From a bacterium (lineage in GTDB: Bacteria > UBA8248 > JACPRG01 > G963555815): a DNA stretch of 64,000 nt. A program made the translations under genes and the position numbers. Below the pieces are notes generated by a model, which ran no database searches, had not been told where the DNA came from, and was given only the letters and a program-made list of their open reading frames with translations. Numbering within the stretch: the first letter of the stretch is position 1; every line of letters begins with the position of its first letter. The DNA lies in the NCBI GenBank assembly GCA_963555815.3, contig CAUVWX020000001.1, positions 1,248,001 through 1,312,000 of the forward strand. Direction: 5' to 3'. Positions 9,937 to 19,331 of this stretch are shown in pieces.

Positions 9937-10107
9937 ATGAAAACCCTCTTCAAGGTTGCCCTGGGATTTGTGGTTCTCTCTCTCCTCGGCTGTGCGAATG
10001 TGACGTCCGTTGTGAAATCCTACAACGTCGAGGAGAGTTTTGGGACCGCGTCAGAGGCCTATAAGGCCACTGTGTTGGAAGAGCAAAAACAGAAGCCAAG
10101 CCGTTAG
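9937..10107 (+). CDS. small lipoprotein (56 aa)
   Basis: GGAGG RBS; MKTLFKVALGFVVLSLLGC lipobox; TAG at 10105. Below the ORF-track size cutoff. Confidence 0.7.
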   Translation: MKTLFKVALGFVVLSLLGCANVTSVVKSYNVEESFGTASEAYKATVLEEQKQKPSR

Positions 10108-10354
10108 GATTCCCTTCTTCCGTTCCACCAATTCAAGGGGTTCTCTCAACCAAAATTTTTTTGAAATGTAAAGGGGCGTGATTTTAATGAGCCCCGAGGA
10201 AGGGTGCGCCCTCTGTCTTCGTTGTGAAGTCCTTTTGTCTATTTGCTGAATCCCTTTGAAATTTGAAATTTTTTCCCCTGAAACAAAAAAGCCGAATATA
10301 TTCTCCCAGATCATACATCTTCTGGGGTAATGTCTGTCGTAAGGAGGTCAACAA

Positions 10355-10882
10355 ATGAAGCTCAAAGTCTTTCTGGTAGCAGTAACGTCAATTGGTCTTC
10401 TGGGTGGAGCGGCTTTGGATGAGGCGAGAGCTCAATCTGAGATCATTCTTCGCGATTACCCCATTATATTCGAACTGTGGGAGCTGGGAAAGGAGGCATG
10501 CGAGGAGGGAGATCTTGCCCAGTGTGTGGATGCGACGCGCGACGTGAATTAGAGCCTTGAAACCCTTCGGGACTCCACAGGAGCCATCGACGAGCGAATC
10601 CTCCTCATCGGCACCCGGGCCCTTACGGCCACCGGCTTCAATGTCGCCATGGCGGTGTCCGCCGTGAACAGTGGGAACCAAGCACAGGCGTGCATTCTCT
10701 TAGGAAATGCCCTCCTCCATGCGGCCAATGCCGCTGAAGTCCTCGCATTTCTCCCTGATCCCGGCTGGGAAGATGAGGTCAAAGAGGCTGTCGCCAGTCT
10801 TCAGGCCGATGCCGTCACCCAGCGGGTCAGGCTGAGGCCCCTCGTAAACGAGGCCTGCCCCCCAGGGGAAACCTTCTTCTAA
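10355..10882 (+). pseudogene. secreted helical hypothetical protein interrupted by an in-frame TAG (10550-10552)
   Basis: AAGGAGG RBS and signal peptide (..ARA/Q); ORFs 10355..10552 and 10649..10882 are in one frame with only the TAG between them. Confidence 0.6.
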
Positions 10883-10898
10883 GGGAAGCCCAGCCCCT

Positions 10899-11768
10899 TT
10901 AGAGCGTTCGACCCACGGCGGCCACAACCGATCGGAGCCTCTCCATCAGGTGCCCGAACGCCTTGTAATCGATGGCCTGGGGTGCGTCGGTAATGGATTT
11001 TTCGGGTTCAGGGTGGACCTCCACCATTAGACCGTCAGCCCCCGCCGCGGCCGCGGCCAAGGCCATCGGCTCCACAAATTCCCTGTACCCTGTGGCGTGG
11101 CTCGCGTCAAAGATGACGGGGAGATGCGTCAGCGTCTTCAAGGCCGGGATGATCATGAGGTCCGGGTGCCACCGGATGGTGGGGAAGACGCGCTCGTAAG
11201 TCGGTCCTCCCACAATGCCCCGCTCGCAGAGCATCACCTGGGTGTTTCCCTGGCGAAGGATTCGCTCCGCCGCCCCCAAGATTTCGTCCACTGTTCCCCA
11301 GGTCCCCCGCTTCAAGAAGACAGGTGTCCGGCCGCGGCCGACCTCGTTAAGCAGGTCATAGTTCTGGAAGTTGCGGGTCCCTATCTGGAAAATGTCTGTA
11401 TGGCCTCCGACGATCTCCACGTCTCTGGGGTCCATGACTTCGGTGATGACGGGAAGTCCGCTGGCCCGCTTGGCCTCATCCAGGAGAGTCAGCCCCTCTT
11501 CCTCAAGCCCCTGAAACTTGACGGGATAAGTCGTGGGCTTGTAGGCCCCTCCCCGAAGGACGTGGGCGCCCGCCGCCTTGAGGGCCTTGGCGGCGTCCAG
11601 TATCTGCTCTCGGTTCTCAACGGAGCAGGGCCCGGCGAAGACGATGAACCTGCCGGGGTCCCCGATCTCCACACCCGAGATGGAGATCCGCGTGCCCTCG
11701 GGCTGACGGTCCCGCAGGACAAGCCCCACCTTTCCCTCTTTCTCCAGGGCCTCGACGAAACTTCTCAT
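10899..11768 (-). CDS. class I-beta DAHP synthase-like aldolase (divergent)
   Basis: AGPCSVE, LRGGAYKP, TEV, QIG.RN.QN, LKRG, LCERG, DASH, DGLMVEVHP..D..Q; KPRTS replaced by KPTTY. Confidence 0.85.
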   Translation of the reverse strand: MRSFVEALEKEGKVGLVLRDRQPEGTRISISGVEIGDPGRFIVFAGPCSVENREQILDAAKALKAAGAHVLRGGAYKPTTYPVKFQGLEEEGLTLLDEAKRASGLPVITEVMDPRDVEIVGGHTDIFQIGTRNFQNYDLLNEVGRGRTPVFLKRGTWGTVDEILGAAERILRQGNTQVMLCERGIVGGPTYERVFPTIRWHPDLMIIPALKTLTHLPVIFDASHATGYREFVEPMALAAAAAGADGLMVEVHPEPEKSITDAPQAIDYKAFGHLMERLRSVVAAVGRTL

Positions 11769-11946
11769 TCTTCGCTCCCCTGCGATTGCATCTGCTCAGA
11801 CCCGGGCCTGTCGAATCCTGCTATTCTATCACGGAGTACGAAGGCGGCTTAGGCATCCTCTCGATCTCATTTTGAGGAACAATCGGGCCCTTGAAACGCT
11901 CTCTCTCTGGCCTTACCTAGATTAAGACCCTCTACAGGGGAAAGAA

Positions 11947-12645
11947 ATGATGTTCAGGCTCCGTGGGTCAAAAAGGCTGGAAAGGGATGGCCGGGAAGGG
12001 ACCCACCGGTTCGACACGGCCCGGGAACGGATGGTGGAAGAGCAACTTCGCGGCCGGGGGATCACTGACCTCCACGTCCTTGCGGCCATGGGCAAGGTGC
12101 CGCGCCACCTCTTCGTGGAGGAAGCCCTGCAAGAGCGAGCCTATGGAGACCATCCTCTTCCCATCGGCGAGGGCCAGACCATCTCCCAGCCCTATATCGT
12201 GGCCCTCATGTGCGAGACCCTGGGGCTGAGGGGGGGCGAACGGGTCCTTGAGATCGGGACCGGATCGGGATATCAGGCGGCTGTCCTGGCCGAGCTGGCC
12301 GAGAGGGTTTACAGCGTTGACCGCTTCAAGGGGATTAGCCTTCGGGCGCGAGAGGCGTTAGAGAAATTGGGTTATCATAATGTGTTGACCCGGGTTTGTG
12401 ACGGGACCCTGGGGTGGCCCGAGGAGAACCTCTTTGACGCCATCGTCGTAGCGGCCGGCGCCCCGGCTTTGCCAGAACCCCTGATGAAGCAGCTGGCCGT
12501 GGGGGGCAGGCTGGTCATCCCCGTTGGGGACGCCCAGGGGCAGGTCCTGCTGAGGGTGACCAAGGGACCGCAGGGGCTGAAAGAGGAAAAGCTGGGCGCC
12601 TGTGTCTTTGTGAAGCTGGTCGGGAGATACGGGTGGCCCGAGTGA
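11947..12645 (+). CDS. pcm: protein-L-isoaspartate O-methyltransferase
   Basis: VPRHLFV, AY.D.PLPIG.GQTISQP, VLEIGTGSGYQAA, GGRLVIPVG. Confidence 0.95.
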   Translation: MMFRLRGSKRLERDGREGTHRFDTARERMVEEQLRGRGITDLHVLAAMGKVPRHLFVEEALQERAYGDHPLPIGEGQTISQPYIVALMCETLGLRGGERVLEIGTGSGYQAAVLAELAERVYSVDRFKGISLRAREALEKLGYHNVLTRVCDGTLGWPEENLFDAIVVAAGAPALPEPLMKQLAVGGRLVIPVGDAQGQVLLRVTKGPQGLKEEKLGACVFVKLVGRYGWPE

Positions 12646-12697
12646 AGGGCCCCTTTGATGCGGTCCTCCTGCAGAGGTTTTAAATTTCACATAGAGT

Positions 12698-12774
12698 CGG
12701 GGCGTAGCGCAGCTTGGTAGCGCGCCTGCTTCGGGAGCAGGAGGTCAGGAGTTCAAATCTCCTCGCCCCGACCA
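12698..12774 (+). tRNA. tRNA-Pro (anticodon CGG)
   Basis: CGGGGCG acceptor stem, D-arm, CCTGC-TTCGGGA-GCAGG anticodon arm, GTTCAAATC T-loop, encoded CCA. Confidence 0.97.
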
Positions 12775-12852
12775 ATTTTGTGAACTTAGAAGACCACTAG
12801 CCTGTCTCGATCTCACAGTGCAAAGAATCCAAAGTGGTCTCCACCACTTCGG

Positions 12853-13659
12853 TCAAGCTAAAACGACCTGGTCGATGGCGCCCTCTGTAAGCAAAGATAT
12901 CTTTCCCCGGCTCTCCCCTCCTTTGGCCGCTATCTTCAGAAGCATCAAATATTCCACGTTCCCTTTGGCCCCTCGAATGGGCGAGCGGATGAGATCGAGG
13001 GGCAGGAGCCTCTCCCTTTGGAAAAAGACGGTGAGGTCTTGAAGGACCTTTCGATGCTTTTCTAAGTCTTTCACTATACCCCCCCGGCCCACCTGTCCTT
13101 TTCCCACCTCGAACTGGGGCTTTATCAAGGCGACGACGGTCGATTCCGGAGCCAGCAACGGGGCGACGGCCGGGAGGACCAGCTTGAGGGAGATGAAGGA
13201 GACATCGACCGTGGCGAGATGGGGGGTCTCGGCTAAATCTTCCGGCGAGAGATAGCGCGCGTTCTTTCCCTCGATGACAGTCACGCGAGGATCCTGCCGC
13301 AACCCCCAGTCGAGCTGCCCCTGCCCGACGTCCACCGCGTAGACCCGGGTGGCCCCGGCCTGCAATAGGCAGTCGGTAAAACCGCCTGTCGAGGCCCCCA
13401 CATCGAGACAGATGAGGCCCGAGACATCTAGGCCAAAATCCTCAAGGGCCTGGGCGAGTTTGAGACCCCCTCGGCTGACGTAGCTAAGATCTTTCCTGAG
13501 CTCGATAGGGGAGGTGGGGTGGACGAGGGCGCTCGGTTTCAGGAGGAGGCGCCCCTCGACCAAGACGTTCCCCGCTTCGATGAGCTCCTGGGCACGCTCT
13601 CGACTCGACACAAGCCCCCTTTCGAGGAGGACCTTATCGAGCCGCTCTCGTTTCCCCAT
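12853..13659 (-). CDS. tlyA: TlyA family rRNA 2'-O-methyltransferase
   Basis: S4 domain RLD..L..RGL, YVSRGG.KL, LDVGASTGGFTD, DVSFISL, IKPQFE, G.KGN.EY. Confidence 0.95.
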   Translation of the reverse strand: MGKRERLDKVLLERGLVSSRERAQELIEAGNVLVEGRLLLKPSALVHPTSPIELRKDLSYVSRGGLKLAQALEDFGLDVSGLICLDVGASTGGFTDCLLQAGATRVYAVDVGQGQLDWGLRQDPRVTVIEGKNARYLSPEDLAETPHLATVDVSFISLKLVLPAVAPLLAPESTVVALIKPQFEVGKGQVGRGGIVKDLEKHRKVLQDLTVFFQRERLLPLDLIRSPIRGAKGNVEYLMLLKIAAKGGESRGKISLLTEGAIDQVVLA

Positions 13660-15581
13660 GGACTAGCACTGGAGGGGCTGTGGGGCGGGAGGAGGTGAGC
13701 AGGCTTCGGCCGGCCTCTGCGATGCCTTCAGGGTCGAGCCCTTCTAATTTCCTCAGGATGGCGGGGGCCCCGTGGGGGGCAAAGACGTCGTGCACCCCAA
13801 GACACTTGACCGAGATGCCCGCGAGGAGGTTCCGCTCGGCCAGGCATTCCAGGACAGCGCTTTCAAAGCCTCCACGAATCGTATTTTCTTCGACCGTCAC
13901 GATCCGGCCGACTCTCCGGGCCGCCTCCTCCACCAGGTTGGCATCGACAGGCTTGGCAAATCGCATGTTGACGACGCCGGCCTCGATCCCCTCCCTGGCC
14001 AGGATCTCCGCCGCCTCCAGCGAGGGATAGACCAGGTTCCCCAGCGCCAGAAAGCAGAGATCTTCGCCCTCCCGGAGGACCTCTCCGCGGCCCACCTCAA
14101 GAGAGTGAATGGTGGGGTCGAGGGGCACACCGACCCCTGAGCCTCGGGGGAAGAGCACAGCGGCAGGCCCAGGATACTCAATGGCCGTCTTCAGCAGATG
14201 CCGGAGCTCGTTCTCGTCCTTGGGGGCCATGATCACCATGTGAGGGAAGGCCCGAAGGTAGGTTAAATCGAAGACCCCGTGGTGTGTGGGGCCGTCTTCG
14301 CCCACCAGCCCAGCCCGGTCCAGGGCGAAGGTGACGGGGAGGTTCTGAAGACAGACCTCGTGGAAGATCTGGTCGTAGGCCCGCTGAAGGAAGGTGGAAT
14401 AAATGGCCGCGACGGGCTTCATTCCCTCCGAGGCGAGACCGGCGGAAAAGGCCACGGCGTGCTGCTCAGCGATGCCGACGTCATAAAAGCGGTCCGGGAA
14501 GATTTTCGCAAACTCGTCAAGCCCAGTCCCGTCCGGCATGGCGGCCGTGATGCCGATGATGCGCTCATCCTCCTGAGCGAGCTCGATGAGCGCCTTGGCA
14601 AAAACCTTCGTGTAATTGGGGGGAGAGGGTTTAGGCGGTTTTGCGTTGGTCTTGCTGCCCCGGGGGGCCACCTTTTTCGCCGTGACGCCGTGGTATTTCA
14701 CCCGGTTTTCCTCAGCAGGCTGATAGCCTTTCCCCTTCTCGGTCAGGAGATGGACGAGGACAGGTTGCTTAAAAGCCTTGATGTTTTGAAAAGTTTCCAC
14801 CATGGCAGCGATGTTGTGCCCCTCGATGGGTCCGACATAGATAAAGCCCAGCTCCTCGAACAGGACACCCGGGGAGATCAGGGTCTTCATCGCCTCCTCG
14901 AACTTTTTGGCCGCCCGAAGGGCCACCGAGCCGCCCGGCATCTGGTTCAACAGGTGTTTGAACTCCTTGCGAAAGCTCACGTAGAGGCGGCCCGTCAGGA
15001 CTCGGCTCAGATAGGTGGAGATGGCCCCGACGTTGGGGGCAATCGACATCTTGTTGTCGTTCAAGACGACGATGAAATCCCTTTTTAGATGGCCTGCGTT
15101 GTTGAGCCCCTCATAGGCCAACTCTGAGGTGAGGGCCCCGTCTCCGATGACGGCCACGACCTTGTGAGACCCCCCCCTGATGCTCGCGGGCCTCCACCAT
15201 CCCGAGAGAGGTTGAGATGGAGGTCCCTGCGTGGGCCGTCGTGAAGAGGTCGTATTCGCTCTCCCCCCGCTGGGTGAACCCGTAGAGCCCTTTGTACTGG
15301 CGCAGCGTGTCGATGCGGTCCCGCCGGCCGGTGATGAGCTTATGGGTGTAAACCTGGTGCCCCACGTCGAAGAAGATGCGGTCTCTCGGGGTATCGAAGA
15401 CATAGTGAAGAGCGAGAGTGAGCTCGACCGAGCCGAGGTTTGCGCCCAGATGGCCCCCGGTCACGGTTGTGACCACCCGGATGATCTCTTCCCGGGCCTC
15501 CTTGGCGAGGGCCTCCAATTCGTGGATGGAAAGCTTCTTCAGGTCTTTCGGACTATTAATGCGGTTCAGCAATTCGCCCAT
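13634..15581 (-). CDS. dxs: 1-deoxy-D-xylulose-5-phosphate synthase, split by a +1 frameshift in a G8 run (15170-15177)
   Basis: N part GGHLG.NLG.VEL, DVGHQ.Y.HK; C part [29 protein letters not shown]. Removing one G gives ..[16 protein letters not shown]. Confidence 0.93.
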
Positions 15582-15709
15582 GCCTTCGTCCGACCCTCCA
15601 AGCCTGGGTGGCCCTCATGGGATCCCCTGAGCGTAAACAAGGAGATCAGCGAAAAGAGCCCGAGGTGAGGCTTTGGCTCGAGCGTCAGGTTGACTTATTC
15701 TATCCCGAA

Positions 15710-16591
15710 TTAGAAATCCCGCGCCACGATGAATTCTGCAATCCCCCGCAAGGCGTCCGCCCTCTCGTCAAATTCTTTGAGTTCACCCACGGCGGATCCG
15801 ATGAGAATCTTTGCCTTATTTTTCGAATCTTCTATCCCAAAGAGGGCAGGATAGGTGGCCTTTTCCATTTCCCGGTCGCCCCCCGGGGTCTTGCCGAGGC
15901 GACCCTCCTCCCCAACCTCGTCCAGGATATCGTCCACAATCTGAAAGGCAAGCCCCACCTTTTCCCCATACCCTCTGATGGCCTCCACCTGTCCGGGTGA
16001 GCTGTCCCCAAGGACCGCCCCTGTCCACGCCGAGGTCCGGATAAGGGCGGCTGTCTTGTGCTGGTGGATGTGTTCCAGCTCCTGAGCCGAGGGTTTCCTT
16101 CCCGCATAGTCAAGGTCGGCAACTTGGCCGCCGATCATCCCCTCGGTGCCAATGGCCCGGGCCACCTCACACACGACTTGCTGAAGAACCCTGGGGTCAA
16201 GGCCCTTTGTCGCTTCGGGCGCTGTCATCAGCTCAAAGGCCATGGTGAGGAGGGCATCTCCCGTCAGTATGGCCGTGGCGTCCCCGAACATCTTGTGGCT
16301 CGTTGGCTTTCCTCGCCGAAAGTCACTGTTGTCCATGGCGGGGAGATCGTCGTGAACAAGCGAGTAGGTGTGGATGAACTCCAGGGCGGAGGCCACAGAC
16401 AGGATGTCCTTCGGAGAGCCCCCCACCGCTTCTGTCGCTGCAATCGCCAGGATGGGCCGAAGGCGTTTTCCCCCGGCGAAAAGGCTATAGCGCATGGCGG
16501 CATAGATGCCGTCCGCAGCGCGGGGGAGGACCTCATCGATCCGGGCGTCTACGACCGTCTTCTTCTCTTCTAGATACCGCCTGATGTCCAT
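15710..16591 (-). CDS. ispA: polyprenyl (farnesyl) diphosphate synthase
   Basis: GGKRLRP, HDDLPAMD..D.RRG, GQ..D, KT, FQIVDD. Confidence 0.93.
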   Translation of the reverse strand: MDIRRYLEEKKTVVDARIDEVLPRAADGIYAAMRYSLFAGGKRLRPILAIAATEAVGGSPKDILSVASALEFIHTYSLVHDDLPAMDNSDFRRGKPTSHKMFGDATAILTGDALLTMAFELMTAPEATKGLDPRVLQQVVCEVARAIGTEGMIGGQVADLDYAGRKPSAQELEHIHQHKTAALIRTSAWTGAVLGDSSPGQVEAIRGYGEKVGLAFQIVDDILDEVGEEGRLGKTPGGDREMEKATYPALFGIEDSKNKAKILIGSAVGELKEFDERADALRGIAEFIVARDF

Positions 16592-16596
16592 AGGGC

Positions 16597-16863
16597 CTAT
16601 TCGGCGGACTCCACGGAGTTCAGGAGATCTTTCTCTTCTTCCCCTTCCCCAAGGGGCCTTCGAAGGTGGCTGGCATCCCCCTTCTTGATGAGGAGCTCAA
16701 TCTTCTTCTCCGCCTGGTCAAGCTTCTTATGGCAGAGCTTCGAGAGTTTTATACCTTCTTCAAAGAGGGAGAGGGACCGTTCCAGGTTGGCTTCCCCCTC
16801 CTCGAGCTCCTGAACGATGGTCTCAAGACGCGCCATCGCCTCCTCAAAACTAGGTTCTGCCAT
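16597..16863 (-). CDS. xseB: exodeoxyribonuclease VII small subunit
   Basis: SFEEAM.RLE.IV..LE.G..L...L..FEEG..L...C...L..AE. Confidence 0.93.
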   Translation of the reverse strand: MAEPSFEEAMARLETIVQELEEGEANLERSLSLFEEGIKLSKLCHKKLDQAEKKIELLIKKGDASHLRRPLGEGEEEKDLLNSVESAE

Positions 16864-18232
16864 GGAAAGACTCCCTGGAGTTCTGGGGGTGAGATTCCTC
16901 AACAGCGCACATGATGTGGCCTCGGGCAAGGTCCACCCGGACTTTCTGCCCCGCCCCGGTGGCCGAGGCCTTCCGAAGAACCTCCAGATCCGGGAGCTTT
17001 CGGCAGATGCTGTAGCCCCGGCCCAGGATAGAGAGGGGACTTGAGCCCTGGAGCCTGGAGGCCAGGGAGGAGAGGTGCTCCTGGGAAAGACGATGGGTTT
17101 GGCGGGCAAGGCGCCCTAGAGCCGAACCCAGCGCTGAGACCTCGACCCGCCGGCGCTTGAGGAGGCCAGTGGGGGCCGCCAGGAGGAGGTTTCGACTCAG
17201 GGCCGCTCTCTGCTCTGTCCACCGGAGAACCCTCGAACGGGAGGATCGGAGAAGTTGCTCCGCGTGGTCATCCACGTGCTGGCGTCGCTCACTGAGGGGC
17301 AAAAAGGGCTGGCGGAAGGGGCGGCGTTCCAGTAGGGAGCGGAGATGTTTGTCGGAGACCTCTAGCACCCCCCGGGTTGTGGTGGTGATCCTTCGATCCA
17401 GTCTGAGGAGGTTTCTCTCCAGCTCGTCTGACTCCCGAACTGCCAGCACCGCCGCGGCCGAAGGGGTGGGGGCCCTCACGTCCGCCACGAAGTCCGCGAT
17501 GGTAAAGTCCCACTCATGGCCGATCGCACTGATGACCGGGGCCCTGGAGGCGGCGATGGCCCGGGCGACCGGCTCCTCGTTGAAGGCCCAGAGGTCCTCG
17601 ATGGACCCCCCGCCCCGTCCCACGATGACGAGGTCGAGATTTTGCTGGTTCAGGGCTGAGAGGGCCTCTGCGATCTCTGACGCGGCTCCTTCCCCCTGGA
17701 CCCGGGAGGGGGCGATAAGGACTTGAAGTCTGGCGTCTCTTCGATAGAGGATGACCAGGATGTCCCGGATGGCTGCCCCCTGAAGAGAGGTCACGACCCC
17801 GATTCGACGGGGGAGAAAGGGGAGCGATTTTTTGCGCTCAGCGTCAAAAAGCCCCTCTTGGGACAGTCTCTCCTTGAGTTGCTGGAAGGCGACCTCAAGG
17901 GCTCCCCTTCCAATGGGCTCCAGGTGCTCCACGAGGATCTGATACTCGCCACGAGGCTCGTAGACCGTGACCCCGCCCCGCACGCGGACCTCCATCCCGT
18001 CCTCGGGGTGAAACCGCAGAAGATTTCGGGTGGACTTGAAGATGACGGCCCGGATCTGACTGGCCTTATCTTTCAACGTGAAGTAGAGGTGCCCCGAGCC
18101 GGGGCTCCTCAAGTTTGAGACCTCTCCCTCTACCCGGACATCAAAGAACCCTGTTTCCAGGTGGCCCCGAATCTCTCGGGTCAGTTCGGATACCTTGTAG
18201 ATGCGGTGTTCTAAGGTGAGGGGGAGGTTCAT
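16850..18232 (-). CDS. xseA: exodeoxyribonuclease VII large subunit
   Basis: GEVSN, SGHLYFTLKD, RGGGSIEDLWAFNEE, GHE.D.TIADFVAD.RAPTPS. Confidence 0.96.
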   Translation of the reverse strand: MNLPLTLEHRIYKVSELTREIRGHLETGFFDVRVEGEVSNLRSPGSGHLYFTLKDKASQIRAVIFKSTRNLLRFHPEDGMEVRVRGGVTVYEPRGEYQILVEHLEPIGRGALEVAFQQLKERLSQEGLFDAERKKSLPFLPRRIGVVTSLQGAAIRDILVILYRRDARLQVLIAPSRVQGEGAASEIAEALSALNQQNLDLVIVGRGGGSIEDLWAFNEEPVARAIAASRAPVISAIGHEWDFTIADFVADVRAPTPSAAAVLAVRESDELERNLLRLDRRITTTTRGVLEVSDKHLRSLLERRPFRQPFLPLSERRQHVDDHAEQLLRSSRSRVLRWTEQRAALSRNLLLAAPTGLLKRRRVEVSALGSALGRLARQTHRLSQEHLSSLASRLQGSSPLSILGRGYSICRKLPDLEVLRKASATGAGQKVRVDLARGHIMCAVEESHPQNSRESFHGRT

Positions 18233-19113
18233 GGCACCCGAATTCTCCCCGCAAGCTCCCTTGCCAGGGTCTGAGTCCGATAGGCCCTCAGGGTGTGCAC
18301 CAGGAGCATCGTGACCGTCATGGGCCCAACCCCTCCCGGGACCGGCGTGATGGCGCTCGCTTTCTCCTTCACCTTTTCAAAATCCACATCCCCTACGAGC
18401 TTTTCCCCGACCCGCGAGATTCCGACGTCGATGACGACCGCCCCTTCGCGAATCATGTCGGCGGTGATAATTCCCGGAACCCCGGTGGCCGAGACCAGGA
18501 TGTCCGCCCGGAGGGTGTGGGCCTTTAGGTCATGGGTCTTGTGCTGGCAGATGGTCACCGTAGCGAGGCGGTTCACGAAAAGGGCCGAGAGAGGTTTTCC
18601 TACAATCTGGCTGGCCCCTACGATGACGACATGTTGCCCCTCAATCGGGAGACAGGCGTGTTCCAGAATAGCGATGACGCCGGCCGGGGTTGCCGGTGAG
18701 AGGGTCTCAACCCCCAGGACCAGTTTCCCATAGCTCAGGGGATGAAAGCCGTCCACGTCCTTTTCCGGGTCGACGCTCTGAAGGATGAGCCGGTCGTCAG
18801 TGCCCTTTGGAAGGGGGAGCTGGACGAGGACGCCATTGACGGATGGATCCTCATTCATCCGAGCAATGAGCTCCAAGAGGGCCTCCTGGGAGGTTTCAGG
18901 GGGAAGGTGGTGGTTGAGGGTCTCAATGCCCACCTCGGCACATGCGTGCTCTTTATTGCGGACATAGATCAGGGAGCCGGAGTCCTCGCCGACCAGAATG
19001 ACAGCGAGTTTTGGCCTCCCAAGCTTGCGGCGAACCAGATCTTCAATTTCACGCTGGATCTGGGATCGAATGGACCTTCCGATCTCCTTTCCGTCAAGGA
19101 TCCGGGCGGTCAT
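18229..19113 (-). CDS. folD: bifunctional methylene-THF dehydrogenase/cyclohydrolase
   Basis: YV.NK, VQLPLP, KDVDGFHP, VIDVGI, TPVPGGVGPMT. Confidence 0.96.
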   Translation of the reverse strand: MTARILDGKEIGRSIRSQIQREIEDLVRRKLGRPKLAVILVGEDSGSLIYVRNKEHACAEVGIETLNHHLPPETSQEALLELIARMNEDPSVNGVLVQLPLPKGTDDRLILQSVDPEKDVDGFHPLSYGKLVLGVETLSPATPAGVIAILEHACLPIEGQHVVIVGASQIVGKPLSALFVNRLATVTICQHKTHDLKAHTLRADILVSATGVPGIITADMIREGAVVIDVGISRVGEKLVGDVDFEKVKEKASAITPVPGGVGPMTVTMLLVHTLRAYRTQTLARELAGRIRVP

Positions 19114-19158
19114 GGTTTCTCCTGGAAAATGAAGGAATTAGAAGGAAAAGTGCCATTA

Positions 19159-19187
19159 ATTTTAAGGAGGATTTCGCAGGCTGTCAA
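19159..19187 (-). promoter_or_regulatory. sigma70-type promoter for the folD operon
   Basis: TTGACA-N17-TAAAAT on the minus strand. Confidence 0.6.
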
Positions 19188-19331
19188 GACGAAATCCGGG
19201 AGAGTTTATTGTTTGACGGCAGGGCGAGATTAACGAATCGCACACGCGTCAGGGTTGCTCAAAACTCCAAATTCAGTGAGAGGAAATTTTGAATGAAATA
19301 GCTGAGGTCGGGACACAGCGGGCGATGGGCC

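Noticed and set aside
8759..10882. Genome-wide stop-codon reassignment
   Set aside because: TGA and TAG both terminate many conserved genes here at the expected ends.
12698..12852. tRNA-Pro as an integration site
   Set aside because: No integrase and no duplicated tRNA 3' end seen; flanked by housekeeping genes.
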